Source: an uncultured Solirubrobacterales bacterium (lineage in GTDB: Bacteria; Actinomycetota; Thermoleophilia; Solirubrobacterales; 70-9). Taken from it: DNA of 64,000 bases. A program made the position numbers and the translations under genes. Of this stretch, positions 1 through 8,818 are shown one piece after another; the first letter of the stretch is position 1; every line of letters begins with the position of its first letter. The notes below the pieces were generated by a model. The model saw only the letters and a program-made list of their open reading frames with translations. It was not told the DNA's origin and made no database searches. Location of the stretch: assembly GCA_963795665.1 (NCBI GenBank), contig CAWCIP010000016.1, positions 15,930 through 79,929 on the forward strand. The letters are read 5' to 3'.

Positions 1-251
1 CCGAACATGAGGACGTAGGAAACGTAGGAGAGGCCCTCGAGCGCAGTCGCCAGCAACAGCCAGCCCGGCTTCGCCTTGATCAGCAGGTCCCGCACCTCTC
101 CGAGGCCCGGTGCGAGGAGCACGACCGCGGCCAGGACCGTGAGGGCGGCAATCGCCTGCAGGGCCCGCCGCTCCAGCATGCGCGGCTGAAACTCCTTGGG
201 GATCTCTGCCTCGGGGGTGAGCGAGACGCCGGCGTCGGGCGGGGTGGCCAT
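1..251 (-). CDS. membrane protein, N-terminal fragment running off the window start (possibly flippase-like / lysyl-PG-synthase-type TM domain)
   Basis: Not in the ORF track because it has no stop in the window. The reverse complement of 1-251 reads MATPPDAGVSLTPEAEIPKEFQPRMLERRALQAIAALTVLAAVVLLAPGLGEVRDLLIKAKPGWLLLATALEGLSYVSYVLMF. ATG at 251, followed by hydrophobic helices. The family guess is from memory only. Confidence 0.4.
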   Translation of the reverse strand, partial: MATPPDAGVSLTPEAEIPKEFQPRMLERRALQAIAALTVLAAVVLLAPGLGEVRDLLIKAKPGWLLLATALEGLSYVSYVLMF

Positions 252-292
252 ACCCACCAAAAGCTACGCACCCGCGACAATCGGGTCTCCGG

Positions 293-1066
293 ATGCCACC
301 CCAGGTCGGCCAAGCGCTGCGCGAGGCTCGCACCGAGCGCGGGATCGAGCTCACCGAGATCGAGCGGGCGACGAAGATCCGAGTCAAGTTCCTCGAGGCG
401 ATGGAGGAGGATCGCTGGGAGGAGCTGCCGGCGCCTGCCTACGCCCGGAGCTTCCTCGCGACCTATGCCGAATACCTCGACCTCGATGCGCCGGCGCTCG
501 TCGATGAGCTGAAGAGCAGCTACGGGGAGGGCGAGCGCCGGGAGCCGATCCCGTCCGGGGTGGTTCGTCCCGGCCAGCTCAAACGAGGCGGCCACAACCT
601 GCGCTGGAAGCCGGTGGCGGTTTTGGTTGCGGGCCTCGTCGCGGTGGTACTGCTGGGCGTCGTGATCGTCGGGGCGATCGGCGGATCCGGCAACGGTGGC
701 GGCAAGCAGCGTCACGCCAAGAAGGCGGGGACCGGCACCGGGACGACGGGGGCAACGACGTCCACCTCGCCGAGCGGACCGTCGTCCGGTGTGTCGGTCG
801 AGCTTCGTCCGACAGCGGACATCTGGGTGTGCCTGGTGGACGACAGCGGCCGGGCCGCGGTGAACGGCGAGACCCTCACTCCCGGCCAGGATGTCGGCCC
901 ATTCACGGGGGCGGCGTTCGACGTCACCCTCGGCAACGGCTCGGTCGAGATGACGGTCGACGGCCAGCCCGCCAAGGTCCCGGACCTGGCGGAGCCGCTC
1001 GGCTTCCGGATCACGCCGAGCGGGGTGCGCAGGCTCGACCCCGCCTCCCAGCCCACCTGCCAGTGA
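293..1066 (+). CDS. RodZ-like helix-turn-helix membrane protein (XRE HTH + TM + DUF4115-like C-terminus)
   Basis: N-terminal HTH LREARTERGIELTEIERATKIRVKFLEAMEED; TM helix WKPVAVLVAGLVAVVLLGVVIVGAI; Gly/Thr-rich linker; C-terminal beta-rich domain. Confidence 0.75.
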   Translation: MPPQVGQALREARTERGIELTEIERATKIRVKFLEAMEEDRWEELPAPAYARSFLATYAEYLDLDAPALVDELKSSYGEGERREPIPSGVVRPGQLKRGGHNLRWKPVAVLVAGLVAVVLLGVVIVGAIGGSGNGGGKQRHAKKAGTGTGTTGATTSTSPSGPSSGVSVELRPTADIWVCLVDDSGRAAVNGETLTPGQDVGPFTGAAFDVTLGNGSVEMTVDGQPAKVPDLAEPLGFRITPSGVRRLDPASQPTCQ

Positions 1067-1127
1067 TCATGCGGCCACGCCGTGGTCCGAGCCGCTCGGC
1101 TCTCTACACTCGGTCACCGGACTCGAG

Positions 1128-2981
1128 GTGGGGCGAGTTCAGCAAGTGGAAAGCAAGTCAGTCGAAGAGAAGGAGCGAGTGGTCATCCGCTTCGCGGGTG
1201 ACTCCGGCGACGGCATTCAGCTCTCGGGCAACCTGTTCGCTGCCGAGACCGCGCTGATCGGCAACGACCTGGTCACGCTGCCGGACTTCCCGGCCGAGAT
1301 CCGCGCTCCGGCCGGCACCCTCGCGGGGGTCTCCGCCTTCCAGATCCACTTCGCCTCACGCGAGATCCTGACGCCGGGCGGCCGCCCGAACGTGCTGGTG
1401 GCGATGAACCCGGCGGCGCTGAAGGCCAACCTCGCGGCGCTCGAGCCGGGCGGCATCGTGATCGCCAACGAGGACGGCTTCACCAAGGGCAATCTCGGCA
1501 AGGCCCACTACGACGAGAACCCGCTCGAGGACGGCTCCCTGGACAGCTACCAGCTCTTCCGGGTGCCGATGACCTCGATGACGGTGCGGGCGACGGAGGG
1601 CATCGACGAGATCAGCTCGCGGGACGCCGCTCGCTCGAAGAACTTCTTCGCGCTCGGCCTCGTCTCCTGGATGTACAGCCGGCCGACGGACTCGACCATC
1701 ACCTGGATCGAGAAGAAGTTCGGGGAGAAGCCGCCGATCAGGGACGCCAACCTCGCCGCCTTCCGGGCCGGGTTCAACTTCGGCGAGACGGCCGAGTTGC
1801 TCCAGGTCAGCTATTCGGTGAAGGCGGCGCCGGCGGAGCCCGGCACCTACCGGGCCGTCAACGGCACGACCGCGGCGGCCCTCGGGCTGATCGCAGCCAG
1901 CGTCCGCAGCGGCCTGCCGCTCTTCCTCGCCAGCTACCCGATCACGCCGGCCTCCGAGCTGCTCCACGAGCTCTCGCGCCAGCACCGCTTCGGTGTGCGG
2001 ACCGTGCAGGCCGAGGACGAGATCGCCGCTGCGAACATGGCGCTGGGTGCCGCCTTCGGCGGGCACCTCGGTGTCACCGCCACCAGCGGCCCCGGGATGG
2101 ACCTGAAGGCGGAGACGATCGGGCTCGCCGTGGCGCTCGAGCTGCCGATGCTGGTGATCGACGTCCAGCGGGCCGGGCCCTCGACCGGCATGCCGACCAA
2201 GACGGAGGCCGGCGACCTGCTCAGCGCGATCTACGGGCGCCACGGCGAATCGCCGCTGCCCGTGGTCGCCGCCTCGACTCCGGCGGACTGCTTCGAGTGC
2301 GCGCTCGAGGCCGCCCGGATCGCGGTCGCCTACCGGACACCGGTGATCCTGCTCTCGGACACCTTCCTGGCGAACTCGTCCGAGCCCTGGCGCCTGCCGG
2401 AGGTCGACGAGCTGCCGGAGATCGATCCGGCCTTCGCGACCGATGCGGGCGCCGGCGCCTTCCAGCCCTACGCCCGCGATGACCGCGGCGCCCGCCCCTG
2501 GGCGGTGCCCGGAACGCCCGGCCTGGCCCACGTGATCGGCGGCCTCGAGAAGGAGGACGTCACCGGGCAGATCAGCTACGAGCCCGAGAACCACGCCCGA
2601 ATGACGGAGCTGCGCGCCGCCAAGGTCGCGGGGGTCGCCGACGAGATCGCCGACATCGTTCCCGACGACCCCGACGGCGCCGACCTGCTGGTGCTCGGCT
2701 GGGGCTCCAGCTACGGGGCGATCACGGGCGCCGCCAGGCGGATTCGCCGCCGCGGCGGAAAGGTCGCCTGCGCCCATCTGCGCCACCTCAACCCGCTGCC
2801 GCCCAACACGGGCGAGCTGCTTCGCTCCTACGAGAAGGTGCTGATCCCCGAGACCAACAGCGGCCAGCTCTGGAGGATCATCCGCGCCGAGTTCCTGGTC
2901 GACGCCCTCCGCTACAACAAGGTGGAGGGACTGCCGATCTTCGCCGAGGAGCTCGACGAGGTGATCAGCGCCCACCTATGA
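1128..2981 (+). CDS. korA: 2-oxoacid (2-oxoglutarate):ferredoxin oxidoreductase, alpha subunit
   Basis: 617 aa. N-terminal VVIRFAGDSGDGIQLSG motif typical of KorA. 4-nt overlap with the beta subunit gene. The start could be an internal GTG a few codons downstream. Confidence 0.9.
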   Translation: MGRVQQVESKSVEEKERVVIRFAGDSGDGIQLSGNLFAAETALIGNDLVTLPDFPAEIRAPAGTLAGVSAFQIHFASREILTPGGRPNVLVAMNPAALKANLAALEPGGIVIANEDGFTKGNLGKAHYDENPLEDGSLDSYQLFRVPMTSMTVRATEGIDEISSRDAARSKNFFALGLVSWMYSRPTDSTITWIEKKFGEKPPIRDANLAAFRAGFNFGETAELLQVSYSVKAAPAEPGTYRAVNGTTAAALGLIAASVRSGLPLFLASYPITPASELLHELSRQHRFGVRTVQAEDEIAAANMALGAAFGGHLGVTATSGPGMDLKAETIGLAVALELPMLVIDVQRAGPSTGMPTKTEAGDLLSAIYGRHGESPLPVVAASTPADCFECALEAARIAVAYRTPVILLSDTFLANSSEPWRLPEVDELPEIDPAFATDAGAGAFQPYARDDRGARPWAVPGTPGLAHVIGGLEKEDVTGQISYEPENHARMTELRAAKVAGVADEIADIVPDDPDGADLLVLGWGSSYGAITGAARRIRRRGGKVACAHLRHLNPLPPNTGELLRSYEKVLIPETNSGQLWRIIRAEFLVDALRYNKVEGLPIFAEELDEVISAHL

Positions 2982-4051
2982 GCGAGACCAGCATCAGCAA
3001 AGGCAATGGACATCCGACGAACGGTCATGCGCCGCAGGCGGGAGACGGCGGGACCGTCACCCTGACGAAGAAGGACTTCGCCTCCGATGCGGAGACGCGC
3101 TGGTGCCCGGGCTGCGGGGACTACGCGATCCTCGCCACGGTCCAGCAGTTCCTGCCCGAGATGGGGATCCCGCCCGAGAAGATCGTCTTCGTCGCCGGGA
3201 TCGGCTGCTCCGGGCGGTTCGCGTACTACATGAGCACCTACGGCGTCCATGGGATCCACGGCCGCGCCCCGGCGCTCGCGACCGGCCTCGCCCTGGCCCG
3301 GCCCGATCTCTCGGTCTGGGTCGTGACCGGGGACGGCGACTCGCTCTCGATCGGCGGCAACCACCTGATCCATGCCCTGCGCCGCAACGTCCCCATCAAC
3401 ATCCTGCTCTTCAACAACCAGATCTACGGGCTCACCAAGGGCCAGTACTCGCCCACGAGCGAGGAGGGCAAGGTGACGAAGTCGACCCCCTTCGGCTCCC
3501 AGGATCACCCCTTCAACCCGGTCGCGCTCTCGCTCGGCGCGGACGCGAGCTTCGTCGCCCGCACCGTCGACACCGATCGCGACCACGAGACGGAGGTCCT
3601 GCGGGCGGCCGCCCAGCACCGAGGCTCCTCGTTCGTCGAGATCTACCAGAACTGCAACGTCTTCAACGACGGTGCCTTCGACGCCGTCCGCGCCAAGGGC
3701 AAGGAGGCGAACCAGATCCGGTTGGTCGACGGAGAGCCGATCCGCTTCGGAGCAGAGGGAGAACGGGGAGTGGTCCGCGGCGCGAACGGCCGGCTCGAGC
3801 TGGCCGACGTCGCCGAGGTGGGCGAGGACGCGCTCGTGGTCCACGACGCCGACGATCCGACCCTCGCCTACGCGCTCGCGCGCCTCGCCGACCGTCCGAC
3901 CGGCCCGACCCCGCTCGGGGTGATCCGCGCCAGCGATCGGCCCACCTACGCCGAGGGCGTTGGTGAGGAGCTGGCGGCCGCCCGCGAGGGCGTCGGCGAC
4001 GACGACATCGCCTCGCTGCTCCGCTCGGGCGACACCTGGACCATCGACTAG
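2978..4051 (+). CDS. korB: 2-oxoacid:ferredoxin oxidoreductase, beta subunit (TPP-binding)
   Basis: WCPGCGDYAIL and the TPP motif VVTGDGDSLSIGGNH. Confidence 0.9.
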   Translation: MSETSISKGNGHPTNGHAPQAGDGGTVTLTKKDFASDAETRWCPGCGDYAILATVQQFLPEMGIPPEKIVFVAGIGCSGRFAYYMSTYGVHGIHGRAPALATGLALARPDLSVWVVTGDGDSLSIGGNHLIHALRRNVPINILLFNNQIYGLTKGQYSPTSEEGKVTKSTPFGSQDHPFNPVALSLGADASFVARTVDTDRDHETEVLRAAAQHRGSSFVEIYQNCNVFNDGAFDAVRAKGKEANQIRLVDGEPIRFGAEGERGVVRGANGRLELADVAEVGEDALVVHDADDPTLAYALARLADRPTGPTPLGVIRASDRPTYAEGVGEELAAAREGVGDDDIASLLRSGDTWTID

Positions 4052-4093
4052 CCGGCTGGAGGCGGTTACCCGGCACCGTCGAAGCAGTCGGGG

Positions 4094-4708
4094 ATGCCTT
4101 CCCGCGTCTACGTGATCGAGCTCGCTCGCGATGCCGGCCGCCGCCGCGACCCCCGCATCCCCTGGGTCTACGTCGGCTCGAGCGCCCGCGACCCAGAGAC
4201 CCGCTTCGAGCAGCACCGCAACGGCTACCGCTCGGCGCGGCTCGTCAAGCGCTTCGCCGTGCGGCTGCGGCCCGACCTCTATGAGGACCTGCCTGCCTTC
4301 CCCGGCTCGCGCAAGGCGCGGGAGGCGGAGCTTCGCCGGGCGCGAGAGCTCGCCGACTGCGGATTCGTCGCCCACTGCGACGGCACCTCATACGGGCGGG
4401 ACGTCGCGGATTGGAGCGAATGGGACTCGGTTCGGCTGGAGCCCGTGATCTCCCACCTCGACGCCGCGGCGCTCGATCTCGCCGACTCAGCCTTCAAGCC
4501 GCTGACGGCGGAGCGGGCCGCCCGCCTCCTGCATGGCGAGTATGGCTTCTGGGTCCGTGACTACATCGACCAGGACGATCCGCCGCCCGGCTATGGACTA
4601 TTCCCGCACGTTCGCCTCGACGTGCTCGAAGATCGCCTTGCCGTCAGGCGCCGAGCGCCCGCCGCATCGAGCGCCGAGCGCGCGCGAAGACCTCCGGGTC
4701 GCGGGTGA
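4094..4708 (+). CDS. hypothetical protein with a GIY-YIG-like N-terminal module
   Basis: VYVIEL...WVYVGSS...RFEQHRNG...REAELRR resembles the GIY/YIG/R/E spacing. The C-terminal half is unassigned. The 3-prime end overlaps the convergent TetR gene by about 65 nt. Confidence 0.4.
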   Translation: MPSRVYVIELARDAGRRRDPRIPWVYVGSSARDPETRFEQHRNGYRSARLVKRFAVRLRPDLYEDLPAFPGSRKAREAELRRARELADCGFVAHCDGTSYGRDVADWSEWDSVRLEPVISHLDAAALDLADSAFKPLTAERAARLLHGEYGFWVRDYIDQDDPPPGYGLFPHVRLDVLEDRLAVRRRAPAASSAERARRPPGRG

Positions 4709-5240
4709 GCTGGAACCCGTAGCTGGCCGCCGCCGCCAGGGCGTTGAGCTCGAATGCGATGTCGGCCGGCTCGGTGCCGGGTGGCAGCTGGCCCGACTCG
4801 ACGGCGAGGGCGACCTCGTGCTCGAGCAACCGGAGCCAGCGATCCATTGTCTCGGCGACGGCGTCGCGGAGCGAGCCGGGCCTGGCGTCGTACTCGACGG
4901 TGGCCGTGGTGAGGAAGCATCCGCCCGGCAGCGACTCGCGCTCGTGGTAGGCGAGCCAGCTGTCGCAAAGGGCCAGGAGGCGCTCCTTCCCGGGCGGCCG
5001 ATCAGCCACCGGCTGCCAGACCCCGTGACGGAACTGAGCGACCGCGGCCCCCAGCGTCGCCAGCTGCAGCTCCTCCTTGCTGCCGAAGAGGCTGAAGACG
5101 CTGCTCTTCCGCATCGACACCTCGTCGGCGAGGGCGCCGATGGTGAGGCCGTCGAGGCCCTCGACGGAGGCGCGATCGACGGCCGCCTCGGTGACGGCGG
5201 ACCGGGTCTCGGCGACGGCTGCTGCTGAGCGGCGGGGCAC
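4644..5240 (-). CDS. TetR family transcriptional regulator
   Basis: HTH LTIGALADEVSMRKSSVFSLFGSKEELQLATL. The listed ORF 4644..5549 extends into the divergent MBL gene, so I place the start at GTG 5240. The start is uncertain. Confidence 0.8.
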   Translation of the reverse strand: MPRRSAAAVAETRSAVTEAAVDRASVEGLDGLTIGALADEVSMRKSSVFSLFGSKEELQLATLGAAVAQFRHGVWQPVADRPPGKERLLALCDSWLAYHERESLPGGCFLTTATVEYDARPGSLRDAVAETMDRWLRLLEHEVALAVESGQLPPGTEPADIAFELNALAAAASYGFQLTRDPEVFARARRSMRRALGA

Positions 5241-5294
5241 GGTGCGGCATGATACCGTACGATCGTCCGTAATAATCGAAGAAGCGAGGAGCAG

Positions 5295-6119
5295 ATGAAG
5301 GTCCGTTGGCTGGGTTGGGCGGGGGTCGAGATCGAGTCGGATGGAGCCACGGTGGTGATCGATCCGCTGGCCGACCCCGGCGCGACCTTCGCGGCGCTCG
5401 GCGATGAGGCCGCGGGCACCCGGCTGCCCGTTGTGGTCACCCCGCGCGCGCAGGGGATCGCGGTGGCGGGGCTGGTCAGCCACCTGCACCGGGACCACAC
5501 CGACGCGGGGGCGCTGGCCGCGGCGCTCTCCGACGAAGCCGCCGTCCACGAGCCCGCCTGGCCCGGCGGCTCCGACTTCGAGAACCTCGCGCTGGCGCAG
5601 GCGAACGCGGAGCTCGAGGGGGCCGGCCTGCGACGACGGGCGGTCGAGGTCTGGGAGAGCTTCGAGATCGGCCCGTTCACGCTGACGGCGCTGCCCGCCG
5701 TCGACGGCCTCGGCGACCCCCAGGTCTCATGGGTGGTCGAGGCCGGCGGGCAGAGGCTCCTCCATCTGGGGGACACCGTCTTCCACGGCTACTGGTGGCG
5801 AATGGCTCAGCGCCATGGGCAGTTCGACGTCGTCTTCGCCCCCATCAACGGAGCGGTGGTCAACTTCCCGCACCTGCAGCCGCCGAGCCCGCTGGCCGCG
5901 GCGATGGAGCCGGAGCAGGCGGCCATCGCGGGCGAGCTGCTCAATGCGGGGACGCTCGTCCCGATGCACTACGACGGCTTCGAGATCGACCCCTGGTACC
6001 TGCCGGTCTCGGCGCCCACGGCGCGCTTCGAGGAGGCCATGAAGGGCCGTTCCTTCGAGGTCAACATGCTGAAGCCCGGCGAGGACCTCGAGCTCGTGGC
6101 CGTTTCGTCAGGCGGCTGA
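5295..6119 (+). CDS. MBL-fold metallo-hydrolase
   Basis: HLHRDH (HxHxDH) motif. N-terminal MKVRWLGWAGVEIE is typical of the family. Confidence 0.8.
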   Translation: MKVRWLGWAGVEIESDGATVVIDPLADPGATFAALGDEAAGTRLPVVVTPRAQGIAVAGLVSHLHRDHTDAGALAAALSDEAAVHEPAWPGGSDFENLALAQANAELEGAGLRRRAVEVWESFEIGPFTLTALPAVDGLGDPQVSWVVEAGGQRLLHLGDTVFHGYWWRMAQRHGQFDVVFAPINGAVVNFPHLQPPSPLAAAMEPEQAAIAGELLNAGTLVPMHYDGFEIDPWYLPVSAPTARFEEAMKGRSFEVNMLKPGEDLELVAVSSGG

Positions 6120-6163
6120 ACGGCTGGAGTCGTCTCGCCCCGTCGGCCCGGTGGTCTTAGGCT

Positions 6164-6838
6164 TTGCTCGCCATGCCGCTCGATGCCGCGAGCGCACGAA
6201 GGGTCTACGACCGGATCGGCCGAGCCCAGGATACCCAGCGCTTCTACGAGGATCCGGCCACTCAACGACTTGTGGTCCCGGCCGGCCTTCGCAGCGCGAG
6301 CCGGGTGTACGAGCTCGGCTGCGGGACGGGCCGCTACGCGGCTTGGCTGCTCGAAACGCAGCTTCCCGAGGACGCCCGGTATCTCGGTGTGGACGTCAGC
6401 CCGCGAATGGTCCGCCTGGCGCGCGAGCGGCTGGCGCGATGGGGACCTCGTGCCGAGGTTCGTGTGGTCGATCCGCCCGCGCTGACACTTCCCGGCGAAG
6501 CTGAGTCGTTCGATCGGTTCGTCGCGACCTATGTATTCGACCTGCTTTCCAGCGAGGCGGCCCGGACACTGATCCGGGAGGCCCATCGCCTGGTTCTGCC
6601 CGGCGGATGCCTCGCCGCGGTGAGCCTGACGACCGGCGTAACAGGACTGAGCAGACTCGTGTCCCGGACATGGGGTGCGATCGCCTCGAGGCGACCGGCG
6701 CTGGTGGGCGGCTGCCGGCCCATCGAGCTTGGCACACGCCTTGACGCGGGCGACTGGCGCATCACGCACCGCGAGGTCGTCATCAGCTGGGGCGTCCCCT
6801 CCGAGGTGCTCGTCGCGAGCCGCGAGGACGCCCGGTGA
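6164..6838 (+). CDS. class I SAM-dependent methyltransferase
   Basis: Motif I VYELGCGTGRY. Overlaps the next gene by 4 nt. Confidence 0.8.
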   Translation: MLAMPLDAASARRVYDRIGRAQDTQRFYEDPATQRLVVPAGLRSASRVYELGCGTGRYAAWLLETQLPEDARYLGVDVSPRMVRLARERLARWGPRAEVRVVDPPALTLPGEAESFDRFVATYVFDLLSSEAARTLIREAHRLVLPGGCLAAVSLTTGVTGLSRLVSRTWGAIASRRPALVGGCRPIELGTRLDAGDWRITHREVVISWGVPSEVLVASREDAR

Positions 6839-7479
6839 GCGCGGGGAAGCGGTACTCCAGCGAGCCGGCGGACCGGGAGGCGTTCACGCAGCGTTTCGAT
6901 CGTCTGTACTCGCGCACCGCGGTGGCGTACGACCTCGCGGTCAGGTTCCTGCCGGTGTGGCGGCACTGGCTGTCCTCGGCGTTGCCATGGATCGAGGGGC
7001 CGCGCGTGCTCGAGGTCTCATGCGGCACGGGCTGGCTGCTCGCGAGGTGCGCTGCGCGATTTCAGGTCTACGGGCTCGACCTCAATCCGGCGATGCTCGC
7101 CAAGGCTCGTCGCAATCTCGAGCGAAATGGGGTCGAGGCGGAGTTGCGGCGGGGGAACGTGGAGGCGCTTCCGTACCCGGATGACTTCTTCGACACCGTC
7201 GTCAACACGATGTCGTTCAGCGGCTACCCGGACGCCGACGCGGCGATGGCCGAGCTCCGTCGCGTGCTTAAACCGGGCGGCCGGCTGGTGATGATCGACG
7301 TCAACTTCCCGCCTGACGGCAACCGGATCGGGAGAGCCCTCGTCCGCCTGTGGGAGCGCTCCGGAGATCTGATCCGCGAGATGGGGCCGCTCTTCACGCG
7401 GTTCGGCTTCGAGGCGGACGACCGCGAAATCGGGGGCTTCGGCAGCGTCCATCTCTACGTTGCGCGGCGGGCCGCGTGA
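6835..7479 (+). CDS. class I SAM-dependent methyltransferase
   Basis: VLEVSCGTGWL and LKPGGRLVMID motifs. Confidence 0.8.
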   Translation: MSAGKRYSSEPADREAFTQRFDRLYSRTAVAYDLAVRFLPVWRHWLSSALPWIEGPRVLEVSCGTGWLLARCAARFQVYGLDLNPAMLAKARRNLERNGVEAELRRGNVEALPYPDDFFDTVVNTMSFSGYPDADAAMAELRRVLKPGGRLVMIDVNFPPDGNRIGRALVRLWERSGDLIREMGPLFTRFGFEADDREIGGFGSVHLYVARRAA

Positions 7480-7506
7480 CCCGCGTCGACGTGATCCGCG
7501 CAGCTG

Positions 7507-7839
7507 CTACCCGATACGCCCAGGGGTGAGAGCGTCTCGAATCCACCTCTCGGGCGGCAGCGGGGACGCGACACCGTCCAGCCGGTACAGCCGACATTGG
7601 AGGCCGAAGTCTCGGCGTTCGGAGGCGCCGGGATCGACGTCCAGCCCGTTGACCCGGACGGTGGGAGAGCCGAGGAATCCCTCGCGCTGGGCGTCCTCGG
7701 CCGACTCGATCCTTCTTGTGGTCAGCTCGGCGCCTGGCGAGACCTCCTCGACCAGCGCGCGCAGCCTCGGGAGCAGGCGCTCGTAGCTCGGGCAGCCCTC
7801 GAAGTAGAGGAGCTCGACCCGAACCGCGTCGGAGGTCAC
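7507..7839 (-). CDS. small thioredoxin-fold protein (CPSY motif)
   Basis: VRVELLYFEGCPSYERLLP...GSPTVRVNGLDV. GTG start at 7839 overlaps the TGA of the upstream membrane gene (GTGA). The listed ORF 7507..7971 is an over-extension. Confidence 0.55.
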   Translation of the reverse strand: MTSDAVRVELLYFEGCPSYERLLPRLRALVEEVSPGAELTTRRIESAEDAQREGFLGSPTVRVNGLDVDPGASERRDFGLQCRLYRLDGVASPLPPERWIRDALTPGRIG

Positions 7840-8324
7840 TCTGCGCCGGCCGAGCGAAGGGAGGATCGGCGGGCCAGCGCCTGCTCGGCGAGATCCACGG
7901 GCGCGAACGCCGCGCACCCCACCTGGTCGTCGCGGCCCAGGACGAGGTTCGAGATAGCGGTGACCTCGCATCCGCCGTTGGCGCGCCCGGCGGCGACCAG
8001 CATCGATCCACCGTAGAAGAGGAACGCGGCGCCTGCCGTCGCGGGCTGGGTGAGCGCGACCAGCCCCACGGCGACGTTGACCGCGTAGGCGATCGGCCCT
8101 GTCGCTCGGAGGGGCTCCGGGGAGCGCCGCGCGCGCCAGGCGGCGAGCACCACGACCACGGCCGGAGCGATCACCAGCCCGAGGACGGCATCCCGCCAGC
8201 TGGGATCCCGCCAGAGGAGGGCCGCCGCGATGAACACCAGCCCGACTCCCAGCCGGGCCAGCCGTCCAATCGGGCCGATCGTCTGGCAGGCCCGCCCGCA
8301 GACAGCGCTCAGGTTCAGGGTCAT
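7836..8324 (-). CDS. Cys-containing integral membrane protein, unknown function
   Basis: ATG at 8324 is preceded by AGGAGG. About 4 TM helices. Cysteines at CGRAC, GGCEV and VGCAAF. Divergent from the ArsR gene. Confidence 0.5.
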   Translation of the reverse strand: MTLNLSAVCGRACQTIGPIGRLARLGVGLVFIAAALLWRDPSWRDAVLGLVIAPAVVVVLAAWRARRSPEPLRATGPIAYAVNVAVGLVALTQPATAGAAFLFYGGSMLVAAGRANGGCEVTAISNLVLGRDDQVGCAAFAPVDLAEQALARRSSLRSAGAE

Positions 8325-8402
8325 CGCCAGTCCTCCTGTGGTTTGAATCTTGCCCGCGGCCGTCTCGACCGCTAACATCACGCTAGCAAAATATTAGGAA
8401 AG

Positions 8403-8765
8403 ATGAATATGACAACGACATTGACTGACTCGCCGTTCGAGATCTCGGAGGCGCCTACGGAGGCCGAGCTGCTCGGCAAGTACTTCCGGGTCCTCGCGGA
8501 CCCCACCCGAGTTCGGATCCTGGAGGCGCTCGAGGCCGACGACGAGTTGTCGGTGGGAGATCTGGCCGAGAAGCTGGCGGTGGCCCAGCCGAGCGTCTCC
8601 AACCACCTCGCCTGCCTGCGCTGGTGCGGCTTCGTCGCCACCCGGCGGGAGCACCGTGCCGTCTACAACCGGATCGCGGACCCGCGCGTCACCAAGTTGG
8701 TCGCGCTCGCCCGCTCGCTCCTGGAGGCCAACGCCGAGCACGTTGCCGCCTGCCGGAGGGCGTAG
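8403..8765 (+). CDS. ArsR/SmtB family metalloregulator with a CmtR-like Cys arrangement
   Basis: HTH LSVGDLAEKLAVAQPSVSNHLACLRWCGFV (two Cys in the recognition helix) plus a C-terminal HVAACRRA cysteine. Confidence 0.85.
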   Translation: MNMTTTLTDSPFEISEAPTEAELLGKYFRVLADPTRVRILEALEADDELSVGDLAEKLAVAQPSVSNHLACLRWCGFVATRREHRAVYNRIADPRVTKLVALARSLLEANAEHVAACRRA

Positions 8766-8818
8766 AGGGGTTCGTCGCCGCCTGGCCCGCTGATTCGCAG
8801 ACCTGGCGACCGCCGCGC

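Noticed and set aside
80-715. 211-aa minus-strand ORF at the window start.
   Set aside because: It overlaps the RodZ-like gene in antisense, and it is a different frame from the real minus-strand membrane-protein start at 251.
1356-4375. Long minus-strand ORFs 1356..2975 (539 aa) and 2912..4375 (487 aa).
   Set aside because: Antisense to korA/korB, which carry clear TPP and family motifs. The translations are Arg/Gly/Ala-rich and featureless.
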